From Acidobacteriota bacterium (GTDB lineage Bacteria; Acidobacteriota; Thermoanaerobaculia; Multivoradales; Multivoraceae): a stretch of DNA of 64,000 bases. Of the stretch, positions 17,968 to 27,023 are shown in pieces. Position 1 is the first letter of the stretch, and every line of letters starts with the position of its first letter. The stretch spans positions 64,013 through 128,012 of the forward strand of contig JAJCXN010000028.1 in the NCBI GenBank assembly GCA_029263415.1, given 5' to 3'. The notes below the pieces were generated by a model. That model was given only the letters and a program-made list of their open reading frames with translations, made no database searches and was not told the DNA's origin. Made by a program: the position numbers and the translations under genes.

Positions 17968-18192
17968 TGATGCTCGTTGCTTGCATCCGGTGGGACTCCA
18001 AGCGGCTGACACCGCTTCGCGAGGGACAGGGACAGGGACAGTCCTGAGCCTCGCGCCCAGGAGCGTGTGGAAGCGCGAGCGACCCGCAGAGCGTCGCGAA
18101 ATGGAGGATCGTAGACCACCTCCCTCGCATCCTCTCCTCGCGACGCGCCGAAGGCGCTTCGGAGCCCCACGGGATGCAAGCAACGAGCGTCA
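17968..18192. repeat. 225-bp element bounded by ~37-bp imperfect inverted repeats (REP/MITE-like)
   Basis: Left TGATGCTCGTTGCTTGCATCCGGTGGGACTCCAAGCG (17968-18004) versus the reverse complement of 18155-18192: 3 mismatches and 1 indel. Internal (GGGACA)x3 and a GCGCC-GAA-GGCGC hairpin. Confidence 0.8.
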
Positions 18193-18200
18193 ACACATCT

Positions 18201-18233
18201 GACTATGCCGTGCTACTCAGCACCGGCACAGTC
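18201..18233 (-). terminator. Hairpin after the udk stop
   Basis: GACT-a-TGCCG-TGCT actc AGCA-c-CGGCA-c-AGTC imperfect stem, 2 bp from the stop codon. Confidence 0.4.
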
Positions 18234-18235
18234 AG

Positions 18236-18871
18236 TCACACAGCCGCCCCACGGAGAAGCTCCTCCAGGCGTGCGGTGACGACGTCCATGGCGACTCGGT
18301 TTTCGCCGCCTTCGGGCACGATGATGTCGGCATAGCGTTTCGATGGCTCGATGAACTCGAGATGCATCGGCCTGACCGTTCGCAGGTACTGCTCTAAGAC
18401 GCTATCGAGGGATCGGCCGCGCTCCTCAATGTCGCGCTTTAAGCGGCGGAGCAGCCGTACATCTGCGTCTGTATCAACGAAGATCTTGAAGTCGAGCAGT
18501 TCGCGCACCCGAGGCTCGGCGAACAGCAGAATGCCCTCGACTAAGACCACCGGCTGTGGCTCCACGCGCACCGTTTCTTCCACTCGGCGGTGCACGGTGA
18601 AGTCGTAGATCGGGACCTCTACGGCCCGCCCTGAACGCAGGGCCTCGAGGTGGGAGACCAACAGGTCGGTATCGATGGCGTCGGGATGATCGAAGTTGTA
18701 CTCAAGCGTCGCTCGGTCGCGTTGCTCGGTGTCCGCTGGCCACTCCACGTCCTTGTAGTAGCTGTCTTGAACCAGACAAGCCATCCGCTCAGGACCAACA
18801 CGCCCCAGTAGATTCCGCGCGAGACTGGTTTTGCCCGAACCAGTGCCGCCGGCCACTCCCAGCGTGGTCAC
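18236..18871 (-). CDS. udk: Uridine kinase
   Basis: LGVAGGTGSGKT, QDSYYKD, NFDHPDA, PIYDF, VLVEGIL, KIFVDTDADVRLLRRLKRD, RPMHLEFIEPSKRYAD. Start set at GTG 18871 (211 aa). Confidence 0.95.
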   Translation of the reverse strand: MTTLGVAGGTGSGKTSLARNLLGRVGPERMACLVQDSYYKDVEWPADTEQRDRATLEYNFDHPDAIDTDLLVSHLEALRSGRAVEVPIYDFTVHRRVEETVRVEPQPVVLVEGILLFAEPRVRELLDFKIFVDTDADVRLLRRLKRDIEERGRSLDSVLEQYLRTVRPMHLEFIEPSKRYADIIVPEGGENRVAMDVVTARLEELLRGAAV

Positions 18872-18971
18872 CCGTGAGTGAGCGGGCTGATCCGATGATG
18901 CACTCGCTTTCTCAGTGAGCTCGTTCGATGATGCCAATGGACAGTTCCTAAGAAATAGTGACCAAAGAGCA

Positions 18972-19796
18972 CTAGCGCTGACAGCGCGTACAGTAGAAGG
19001 TCGACCGATTGGATTGCACAATTCTACGAATTGGCGCCTCGCACTGCAGGCAAGCCTCACCCTCTCGCCCGTAAGCCGCCAAACGCACCACAAAGTAGCC
19101 CGGCTCTCCGTCTGCGCTGGCAAAGTCGTTGAGGGTAGTACCACCCTGGGCGATCGCCTCGCTGAGCACTTCCCTAACAGTCTGGGTTAGCCGCCTCATG
19201 CGGTCGCGAGAAACCCGACCGGCAGCCCGCGCGGGATGGATCCCGGAGCGAAACAGCGCCTCGCAAGCGTAGATATTGCCTACGCCGACCACAACCCGCG
19301 CATCCATCAAGAAGCTCTTGATCGGCGCCTTTCGTCCGCGCGCTCGCTCAAACAGGGTGTCGTCGTCGAACGCATCAGTCAGCGGCTCGGGGCCCAGATG
19401 CCGCATCAACGGAAGATCCTCAAGACCATCGGTCTTCTCGATCAGCACCAAGCCGAAACGGCGCGGGTCACGGAACCGGAGGTCCTGACCGGAAGCGAGT
19501 TGAAAGACCACGTGCTCGTGAGACTCTTGCTCTGCTGCGCGCTCGAGGTAGCGTAGCCGTCCGCTCATACCCAGATGAATGATGATGGTTTTTGCACCTT
19601 CAACATCGATCAACAGATACTTCGATCGTCGCCGCAGCTCTAGCACCCGTCGTCCAACCAGGCCAGCGCGCAGTCTCCTGGTGGGGACCGGAAGCCGGAA
19701 CCGGGCTTCACGTACCAACACCTTCTCCACACGCTCACCAACCAGGACCGGCAACAAACTTAATCGCGTGACTTCGACTTCCGGGAGTTCAGGCAC
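18972..19796 (-). CDS. mutM: Formamidopyrimidine-DNA glycosylase
   Basis: MPELPEVE, RRSKYL, HLGMSG, DPRRFG, GVGNIYACE, C-terminal zinc finger CLQC...FYCTRCQ. Confidence 0.97.
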   Translation of the reverse strand: MPELPEVEVTRLSLLPVLVGERVEKVLVREARFRLPVPTRRLRAGLVGRRVLELRRRSKYLLIDVEGAKTIIIHLGMSGRLRYLERAAEQESHEHVVFQLASGQDLRFRDPRRFGLVLIEKTDGLEDLPLMRHLGPEPLTDAFDDDTLFERARGRKAPIKSFLMDARVVVGVGNIYACEALFRSGIHPARAAGRVSRDRMRRLTQTVREVLSEAIAQGGTTLNDFASADGEPGYFVVRLAAYGREGEACLQCEAPIRRIVQSNRSTFYCTRCQR

Positions 19797-19811
19797 TGAT
19801 GCTGTGATCCG

Positions 19812-21272
19812 TCACAACCGCGAGGGCGCAGGGCGCCCGGCGCCGAGTTCGGTCACCAGCTCCACCAGAGCGCTCTCAGCCGCGCCACTCTCGCCCTTGA
19901 GTGCCATTTCGGTCTCGAGCAATCGCGGCAAGAGACGAGCAAGGTCGGTGGATTGATGGCGTGAGGCCGCTAGGTACACCCGATGCAACCTGAACGGGTG
20001 CAGTTTGCCAACAGGGTTCAGTAGACCGCCCGCGAGATCGCGCTGAAGCGTCGGCGCCACCGAGTTCTTGAACTGGTTGTAGTTGCGCTGCCCCACCGGC
20101 GCACCGGTATCGCGCAGCAGGCCTTGAACCGCAACTAGTTGCCGCGCAAAGTCGGCCAACAGCGAGAACGTCGACAAACGAGCACCCATGGTGTCGTCGG
20201 CGGAGTCGAGTAAACGCCGCAGGCGCGACACGGCAGCCCCAACCTTCCCCTCGCCGACCTCGTCCAGCACTTTCCAGACATCCTCCTCGCCCCGGTCCTC
20301 GACCGAGCCACTGACAGCTATGCGGTCAATCGTGTCTCCGTCGACCATGGTTGCGAGCTTGCGATACTCGGCAGCGAATCGTCCCGTGGACTCCGCATCC
20401 ATCTGGCTTTGCTTGCCGCGTTGAGGCGACTTGCGGAGGGTTCGGCGAGCGAGTTCCTGCACTGCATCGGGGCGCATGGTCTTTCCTGTCGATCGCGCCA
20501 GCTCTGTAGCAAGTTCGCGTAGTCCATCGACCTGCCCCCGCCGATCGAACTCGACCGATCCGACAGCTGCGAAGGCCTTGGCCTGAACCAGAGCCTCCTT
20601 GATCGGATGTTCGTCAGCGACGCTGCTTTCCACCAACACCAACGAGTGTCCCTTGGGCAGTCCGTCGCGAATCAGCGCACTCAAGTCAGCCAGGTCGCCC
20701 TCCGCGTAGCCGAGCAGTTCGGCATCGCGTGCCTTCTCAAGGAGCATGACCAACCCCGCGCGCAAGTCGGCCGCCTGCTTCTTGCCCCGCGCACGGTTCT
20801 TTCGCTTCTTGCGAAACGCTGCTCCTCCAAAGTAGACCCAATCGGGCATCTTGGACAAAACCTGCTCTGGCGTACCCACATCCGGGGCCACACCGAACAA
20901 GCGCAGCGCCTGCAGCAGTCGACTCGCAGCTTCGGTTTCCTTCCCCGACAGCTCGCTGTCCTCGTCGACCTGCCCGACCTCAGCAGCCTGGTCGATCAGA
21001 TCGGCGGCCGCGGCCTTATCGGCCAAGAGTGCGGTCTCGATGACCAAAATCACCTTGGCCGGATCAAACAAGGAGAACGTGCGCAGGTCTTCTAGTACCC
21101 GTGCTAAGTGCGGAGGTCGCCTGCGAACCACAACTTGACAGCCCGCGCGTTGAGCGATTGCCTCTGCGACTCGTCGTCCCGCAGGCTCGCTCAGCACCAA
21201 GTCGCCAACCAGCAGCGATGCCGGGATTTCCTCCCCAGCCTCGATGCGAGCGAGAATGTCGTCTAAAGGCAT
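19812..21272 (-). CDS. holA: DNA polymerase III delta subunit-like protein, long form (486 aa)
   Basis: TFSLFDPAKVILV, EDVWKVLDEVGEG, LHPFRL..., LLETEMALKGESG..ESALVELV fit the HolA layout, plus a ~100-aa insertion. Confidence 0.7.
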   Translation of the reverse strand: MPLDDILARIEAGEEIPASLLVGDLVLSEPAGRRVAEAIAQRAGCQVVVRRRPPHLARVLEDLRTFSLFDPAKVILVIETALLADKAAAADLIDQAAEVGQVDEDSELSGKETEAASRLLQALRLFGVAPDVGTPEQVLSKMPDWVYFGGAAFRKKRKNRARGKKQAADLRAGLVMLLEKARDAELLGYAEGDLADLSALIRDGLPKGHSLVLVESSVADEHPIKEALVQAKAFAAVGSVEFDRRGQVDGLRELATELARSTGKTMRPDAVQELARRTLRKSPQRGKQSQMDAESTGRFAAEYRKLATMVDGDTIDRIAVSGSVEDRGEEDVWKVLDEVGEGKVGAAVSRLRRLLDSADDTMGARLSTFSLLADFARQLVAVQGLLRDTGAPVGQRNYNQFKNSVAPTLQRDLAGGLLNPVGKLHPFRLHRVYLAASRHQSTDLARLLPRLLETEMALKGESGAAESALVELVTELGAGRPAPSRL

Positions 21273-21338
21273 CTAGCCTCTCCGCGCCCGCGCGCGCAGT
21301 CGATCACAGCCCGCGGCAAAGCTCGCAGGCGGGTGGCA

Positions 21339-22421
21339 TCAGTCCAGCAAGCCCCGCTCTTGGAGTTCCTGACAATCAATGCAGTTCGCAGCCCAAGGAA
21401 CCGCCTCGAGCCGCAGCTCGCCAATGCCGGTCTTACAGTTGACACACTCGCCAAAGGTCCCGTCTTCGAGACGCGCCAGCGCACTGTCGATCTGCTCCAA
21501 AAGCGCACGCTCGCCGTCCGAGATGGCGAAGGTCAGTTCACGATTGTAGTTGGTGGTCGCTCGATCCACCATGTCCTCCATGCCATCACTGGAGGGGCGC
21601 AGCGAACTCGAAACATCACTCTCATAGCGCTCGACCGTTTCCTCACGCTTGGCCAAGAGGACCTGCGTGAAGGCACGCTTCTTCGCAGCCAAGATCTTAA
21701 CGCTCGGATCGTGCGGCGGTGGCGGAGCAGCCTTGATCAACTGTCGACGCTTCGGCCTTTTCTTGGGTGCCGCAGGCGTGGGGTTCTTCGCTGCCGTGGT
21801 TTTCTTGGCGGTCGTCTTGCGGGCTGTGGTCTTCTTGGACCCTGTCTTGCTCGCCGTCGTCTTCTTGGCCGTTGCCTTCTTCGCCGTTGCCTTCTTCGCG
21901 GTGCTCTTCTTAGCCGTCGTCCTCTTGGTGGCCTTGGTCGCAGCAGTCGGCTTCGCTGTGCTTTTCTTTACCGGCTTCTTAGCACCGACCTTCTTGAGCG
22001 TCGCGGTGGTTGAAGATCCCACCCTGACCTTGGCTGGCCGCGGCGCAGCGGGCTTCGCCGCCGCACGCTTCTTGACGGTTAGTGTTCTTGATGCCGTCTT
22101 CGTCTTGGTCGACTTCGCCTTGGATATAACCTTCTTCGCAGCCGACTTCTTGGCAGTGGTCTTGCGAGCCGTTACCTTCTTGCCGGCCGCTTTCTTGGCT
22201 GTTGTCTTCCGGGCTATGGTCTTCCGGGCTGTGGTCTTCTTAACCGCCGCTTTCTTCGCCGTTGGTTTACGCGCGGTAGTTTTTTTGGCAGTCGCCTTCT
22301 TGGCCGTGGTTTTCTTAGCCGTGGCCTTGCGCGCGGTCGTCTTCTTGGCGGTGGTCTTCCGGGCAGGCGATTTCTTCGCTGCGGACTTCTTCTTCATCGT
22401 CGTCGTCTTCTTCGTGGGCAA
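21339..22421 (-). CDS. dksA: DksA/TraR C4 zinc-finger protein fused to a histone H1-like Lys/Ala/Thr repeat domain
   Basis: C-terminal DMVDRA (DxxDxA), ALARLEDGTFGECVNC...PWAANCIDCQ; N-terminal ~240 aa of pentapeptide repeats. TTG start 22421, 8 nt after AGGAGG. Confidence 0.85.
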   Translation of the reverse strand: MPTKKTTTMKKKSAAKKSPARKTTAKKTTARKATAKKTTAKKATAKKTTARKPTAKKAAVKKTTARKTIARKTTAKKAAGKKVTARKTTAKKSAAKKVISKAKSTKTKTASRTLTVKKRAAAKPAAPRPAKVRVGSSTTATLKKVGAKKPVKKSTAKPTAATKATKRTTAKKSTAKKATAKKATAKKTTASKTGSKKTTARKTTAKKTTAAKNPTPAAPKKRPKRRQLIKAAPPPPHDPSVKILAAKKRAFTQVLLAKREETVERYESDVSSSLRPSSDGMEDMVDRATTNYNRELTFAISDGERALLEQIDSALARLEDGTFGECVNCKTGIGELRLEAVPWAANCIDCQELQERGLLD

Positions 22422-22668
22422 AGGCCGCACCTCCTACCGATCCGCAGTCTTACAACGTTCGGGTCATACGGTCTCGCGTGGAATTCGCCAGGCCGCGCAC
22501 TATCAAGGGTTCGTAGGGGAGCTGGTCGCTCCGAGCCACTGTGTTTCGTCGAGGCACCGGCTGCTTGAGAGCACAGCCAGCGCCTCATCTATTGTTCCGA
22601 GTGTGGAGTTCAGACCATTGGGCGTAGCCGGAATCTTGGTGTGGTCCGGTCTTTGCCTTGAGCCCCAC

Positions 22669-23142
22669 TCAAATTCGACCGCGATGGTACTTGATTCCAT
22701 GCTCGATCGCGAGAGCTCTGTACAGCTGTTCGTAGAGCATCAGTCGCGCCAACTCGTGAGGAAAGGTCATGGGCCCGAAAGCGAGGACCAGCTGGGCCTC
22801 GCGCCGAAGTGATTCAGCGAGTCCTACATCGGAGCCGAGCAGGAATGCGATCGGGTGCGGATACTCTTCTCGTTTGGCCTTCAACCACGACGAAAAGGCT
22901 TCCGAACTCATGGCCCGCCCCCGCGGATCGAGCGCTACGGTCAGACAGGATGGCGGCAGCGCAGCACGAATACTGTCCGCTTCGACCGCCAACCTTTGCT
23001 GCGGATCGTTGTCCTTGATCTTGATGACAAGTTCTCTGAGAGGAACGGTCCGCCGAATCCGCTCGGCATAACCCTCACACAGTCCGCGCCAAGGCTCGCG
23101 ATCATGCCGTCCCGCCCAAACAACCAAGAACTCCCTTGCCAA
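22669..23142 (-). CDS. rlmH: 23S rRNA (pseudouridine1915-N3)-methyltransferase
   Basis: ALDPRGRAMSSEAF, FLLGSDVG, AFGPMTFPHELARLMLYEQLYRA, KYHR. TTG start 23142 after GAGGAGG (157 aa). Confidence 0.93.
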   Translation of the reverse strand: MAREFLVVWAGRHDREPWRGLCEGYAERIRRTVPLRELVIKIKDNDPQQRLAVEADSIRAALPPSCLTVALDPRGRAMSSEAFSSWLKAKREEYPHPIAFLLGSDVGLAESLRREAQLVLAFGPMTFPHELARLMLYEQLYRALAIEHGIKYHRGRI

Positions 23143-23459
23143 CGGAATTGCCTCCTCTGGAGCGCCACTAGTGGACAGAATTCGGTGAAATCGGGCTTTG
23201 GGCAGGCAAGCCTTCAACAGCCACAAAGGTAAGCGAGCGGGGACCCTCGACTTCGTACATGTGAACCTGCCCCCACGTCGCGGCAGGCTAGCACCCCAAC
23301 GCAGACGCGAGGCACCACCGACCGTTGTGCTTCGGTTATCAAGCGTCACAACCCCAGTCACCCCACTCTTCTGCGCTGCGACCCCACCTCCCATCCCCCT
23401 CTACCTTCTCACTCAGCCCTCATTCCCCTTCACCTCCCCATTTCACCTTGCGACGTCCC

Positions 23460-23500
23460 ACGGGAGGCTTCGCACCGCCGAAGGCGCTTGGAGCAAGCAA
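23460..23500 (+). repeat. Partial copy of the intergenic repeat family
   Basis: ACGGGAGGCTTCGCACCGCCGAAGGCGCTTGGAG-CAAGCAA. The first 34 nt match 33855-33887 with 1 mismatch and 1 indel; TCCCACGGGTTG is missing. Confidence 0.7.
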
Positions 23501-23507
23501 TTGACTA

Positions 23508-23543
23508 CTGAACACCCAGTGATACCCATCACTGGGTGTTCAG
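23508..23543. repeat. Perfect 16-bp inverted repeat
   Basis: CTGAACACCCAGTGAT-accc-ATCACTGGGTGTTCAG. Confidence 0.9.
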
Positions 23544-23561
23544 CCGATACTCTTGCGTGCT

Positions 23562-24557
23562 ATGGCACGATCTGGGTCGGAACAACGAAAAGCATCTCGG
23601 CGACGACGATTGGGGCAAGGGATTGCACTCGGCACCCTCGCCTTGGGTGTTCCCGCGCTGGTCAATTCGATGATTGCCAAGCGCGCCGCACAATTGCCGC
23701 CGGGCTCACTACCTGCAGACGAGGACTGGCGCCCTGAGCGCTGGGCGTCCGCTGTTGGCGAGCTATTTGTGCTCACGCGGGGCCTGAGTCGTCCAGCCAC
23801 ACCGATTGTCTTTCTCCACTCTTTGGGGCCAGGCCACTCTCACCAACAGTGGCTCGCAGCAACTGAGTCGCTGGCGCTCAAGCATCCTCTGATCCTGGTC
23901 GACTTGCTTGGTTGGGGTCGTTCCGACCGACCGAAAGCCCCCTATGGACTGAAGGCCAGCGTCTCTACCCTCAAGAATCTTGGCTCCGAGTTCATCGGCA
24001 AGCCCTTTCATCTCGTTGCCAGTGGTGAGAGCGCGCCAGTAGCCCTCAGCCTCGCGGAGAGTGCGCCGGAAATGGTCAAGAGTGTCGCATTAAGCGGTCC
24101 GGCAGGACTAACGCTCGACAGTGCCGAACCGTCGCGCAGGGACTGGGCCTTCGACCAGCTCCTGGGTGCACCAATCTTCGGCACCTCGGCTGTCAATGCA
24201 TATACCCGCCGAAGCGCGATCGAGAACAACCTGATCCGGCACCAGCTTGCGCCTCCTAGCGCCGAACAGATCGACGAACACTACCGGCTAGCGCATTTAC
24301 CCGGAAGCACGAGCCCTGTGTCGACGTTCTTAAGAGGTCGCTACGAGCGAGCGCTCGGCACCCTCGCGCTAGATCCAAGCCTCAAGGTCTGGATCGCTTG
24401 GGGGCGGAAGGCGGTTGGCGAACCGGTCGAGGACGCAGACCTCTGGCTTCGCCACCTCAAGTCGGCTGAGTTGGTGGTTTTCGAGAACGCGGCCTCATGG
24501 CCTCACGTCGATCAACCCAAACAGTTCAGCGATGAACTGGTCCGCTTCATCGGTTAG
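23562..24557 (+). CDS. Membrane-anchored alpha/beta-hydrolase fold protein
   Basis: N-terminal TM (GIALGTLALGVPALV), VFLHSLG, VDLLGWGRSDRP, AWGRKA, SWPHVDQP; the nucleophile elbow is atypical (HLVASGESA). Confidence 0.8.
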   Translation: MARSGSEQRKASRRRRLGQGIALGTLALGVPALVNSMIAKRAAQLPPGSLPADEDWRPERWASAVGELFVLTRGLSRPATPIVFLHSLGPGHSHQQWLAATESLALKHPLILVDLLGWGRSDRPKAPYGLKASVSTLKNLGSEFIGKPFHLVASGESAPVALSLAESAPEMVKSVALSGPAGLTLDSAEPSRRDWAFDQLLGAPIFGTSAVNAYTRRSAIENNLIRHQLAPPSAEQIDEHYRLAHLPGSTSPVSTFLRGRYERALGTLALDPSLKVWIAWGRKAVGEPVEDADLWLRHLKSAELVVFENAASWPHVDQPKQFSDELVRFIG

Positions 24558-24617
24558 TCCTCAAGCCGCTTCGCATCCGCTGGCGCGCACTCTTCCACAA
24601 TTCGGGAATCACACACT

Positions 24618-25973
24618 ATGGCAGGCATCTTCAAAGCCTACGACGTCCGGGGCATTGTGCCCGATCAGCTCAACGAAGACATCGCGCGCGATATCGGCCG
24701 CGCATTTAGTGTCTTGCTCCAAGACTCGCCGGCGAAGAAGCCGAACACCGTCGTGGTCGGCCGCGACATGCGCTCCCACAGTCCAGGCATCTTGGAAGCG
24801 CTGGTCGACGGGCTCACCTCAAGCGGAGTCGACGTGCTGGACTGCGGCCTTTGTACAACGCCCTTCAACTACTTCGCGGTCGGCCACCTTGGCGTCGCCG
24901 GCGGCGTGCAAGTCACGGCCAGCCACAACGCCGCTAAGTACAACGGGCTTAAGTTCAGCTTGGAGGGTGCGCGACCGGTCTCAGGCGACGGAGGAATCCC
25001 GGAAATGGAGCGGCGCGTGCTTGCGGGCGATCTACCCACGGGCACCCAACGCGGCTCGCGCCAGGAGATCGATCTTTGGCCCCAGTACGGCGAGCACCTG
25101 CTGCCATTCCTAGAGGACACCGCTCGCCCGTTGAAGGTTGTTGTGGACGCGGCCAACGGCATGGGCTCGGTCTACCGAGACCTGCTCGAACAAGCTGGCA
25201 TCGAGTTGATCCCGCTCTACTTCGAGCTTGATGGGTCGTTCCCGAACCATGAGGCCAATCCACTCAACCTCGACAACCTCAAGGATCTCTGCGCCAAAGT
25301 CAAAGAGACCGGAGCAGACCTCGGCGTGTCCTTCGACGGCGACGCGGACCGAGCGGCCTTCGTGGACGAGCTGGGTGTCCCGGTGGGCAGTGACATCATG
25401 ACCGCGCTGATCGCGGGCCGGCTACTGCCGAAGCGCAAAGGCGCGGTGGTCTACGATATTCGCTCCTCGCGCAGTGTCGCAGAGTACATCTCAGCGGCCG
25501 GTGGGGATCCCGTTCTCGAACGCGTCGGCCACTCCTTCATCAAGGCCACCATGCGCCGACTAGATGCGATCTTCGGCGGAGAACTCGCAGGCCACTACTA
25601 CTTCCGCGAGAACTATTTTGCCGACAGCTCACTGCTCGCGGTGTTCCACGTCTTCAATCTTCTGCGCGACGAGCAGAAGCCCTTCTCAGAGGTCACAGCA
25701 CCGCTGCTGAGCTACGCCAAGTCGCCGGAGATCAACTTCGAGGTGGAAGACAAGCAAGGAGCAATGGACGGCCTAGTCCAACGGTACGTCACAGGAGCCG
25801 GCGGCGACTTGAGCCGCCTCGATGGAATTCGAGTGGATTTCGACGACTGGTGGTTCAACGTCAGACCGTCGAACACCGAGCCGCTTCTGCGACTGGTGCT
25901 GGAAGCGACTACGGCCACGGTCCTCGAACAACGACAAGCGGAGCTGATCGGCCTCTTGGGAGTGCCCGAGTAG
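24618..25973 (+). CDS. Phosphomannomutase/phosphoglucomutase
   Basis: IFKAYDVRG, TASHN phosphoserine, DGSFPNHEANP, FDGDADR, RVGHSFIK, GGELAGH, VRPSNTEP. Confidence 0.95.
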   Translation: MAGIFKAYDVRGIVPDQLNEDIARDIGRAFSVLLQDSPAKKPNTVVVGRDMRSHSPGILEALVDGLTSSGVDVLDCGLCTTPFNYFAVGHLGVAGGVQVTASHNAAKYNGLKFSLEGARPVSGDGGIPEMERRVLAGDLPTGTQRGSRQEIDLWPQYGEHLLPFLEDTARPLKVVVDAANGMGSVYRDLLEQAGIELIPLYFELDGSFPNHEANPLNLDNLKDLCAKVKETGADLGVSFDGDADRAAFVDELGVPVGSDIMTALIAGRLLPKRKGAVVYDIRSSRSVAEYISAAGGDPVLERVGHSFIKATMRRLDAIFGGELAGHYYFRENYFADSSLLAVFHVFNLLRDEQKPFSEVTAPLLSYAKSPEINFEVEDKQGAMDGLVQRYVTGAGGDLSRLDGIRVDFDDWWFNVRPSNTEPLLRLVLEATTATVLEQRQAELIGLLGVPE

Positions 25974-26078
25974 CGCCACGCGTTAGGCGCCGGGGCCAGG
26001 CAAACCGGCGCCGCGCATGCCCAGTCGAACAGCAACCGATTGGCTCGATAGGGCGCGCCGCCACGCCCCAACAACTGG

Positions 26079-26750
26079 CTAGTCGCGGCCGGTCAAAAAG
26101 GAGAGGTAATAGAGCATCGTCAGCAAGGTCGCGGTGGCTGCAGCCACGTACGTGAGGCCTGCCGCATTGAGGACCCTGTTCATACCAACGCGTTCTTGAT
26201 CCATCAAGATGCCCTGCTCCACTGCCAGCTTTTTTGCACGGGCCGTAGCGTCAAACTCGACCGGCAGCGTCACGATTTGGAACAGAAGGATCAAACCGAT
26301 CAGACCGACACCGATCATGACAAAGCTCGGAATTTGAGCGAGCGCGCCGATCATAAGCGCGGCGTATCCAAACTTGCTGCCGATACCAGCGGTGGGCACC
26401 AGGGCTGAACGGAGCTTCAACGGGGCATAACCGACCTTGTGTTGAATCGCATGGCCGGCCTCGTGGCAGGCAACGCCAATGGCTGCAATGGAAGGTGACG
26501 CGTAGACCGGCTCAGAGAGCGCCAACTTCTTGGTCATCGGATTGTAGTGGTCGGAAAGAAAGCCGCTCGACCGAACTACCTCGACATCCGTGATGCCTGC
26601 GTATGCGAGCAAGCGCTCGGCCGCCTGAGCCCCAGTGAGACCGGTGGCTGAGCGCACCTTGGAGTACTTGTTAAACGCTGACTTTGTCTTGTAGCTCGCC
26701 CACAGCGAGAGGAGCAAGCCGGGAATAAGAAAGAGGAAGTAGGTCATCAT
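26079..26750 (-). CDS. Putative neutral zinc metallopeptidase (YugP-like, membrane)
   Basis: LSDHYNP, ACHEAGHAIQH (HExxH), TLPVEFDATARA, AAGLTYVAAA. Confidence 0.88.
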   Translation of the reverse strand: MMTYFLFLIPGLLLSLWASYKTKSAFNKYSKVRSATGLTGAQAAERLLAYAGITDVEVVRSSGFLSDHYNPMTKKLALSEPVYASPSIAAIGVACHEAGHAIQHKVGYAPLKLRSALVPTAGIGSKFGYAALMIGALAQIPSFVMIGVGLIGLILLFQIVTLPVEFDATARAKKLAVEQGILMDQERVGMNRVLNAAGLTYVAAATATLLTMLYYLSFLTGRD

Positions 26751-27023
26751 GGCGGGGACACCTCGAAGAACCAGAGTTCATTTGAACCCTGATCGTTTGT
26801 TAGCTGCTGCTCAGTACACCGCAATCGTCACGGTGACTGGGTGGTCGTAGTGTATGCGCCGCTTCAGCGTTGGCTGCGTTCGGCCCGCAGGCATTGCACA
26901 TTCGAAAGCTACTACGTCCGAAGTGCCGACACCATTCCGGTGACCGCGAGTTGTCTCGGCGGTCATCGTGGCGACAGGATGCCCGCTGATTCAAACGCCT
27001 GAGATCGAGTCGCGGACTCGCCG

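Noticed and set aside
21649-22812. 387-aa plus-strand ORF rich in FLAVV repeats, resembling a membrane protein
   Set aside because: It is the antisense shadow of the KKTTA repeats of the DksA fusion; the minus frame has the real domain and an SD.
22669-23394. Long N-terminal extensions predicted by the ORF track for rlmH, udk, tdk, ftsW, mraY, glnII and the aminotransferase
   Set aside because: Downstream starts with better SD or coupling give family-typical lengths; the extensions look like open-frame artefacts.
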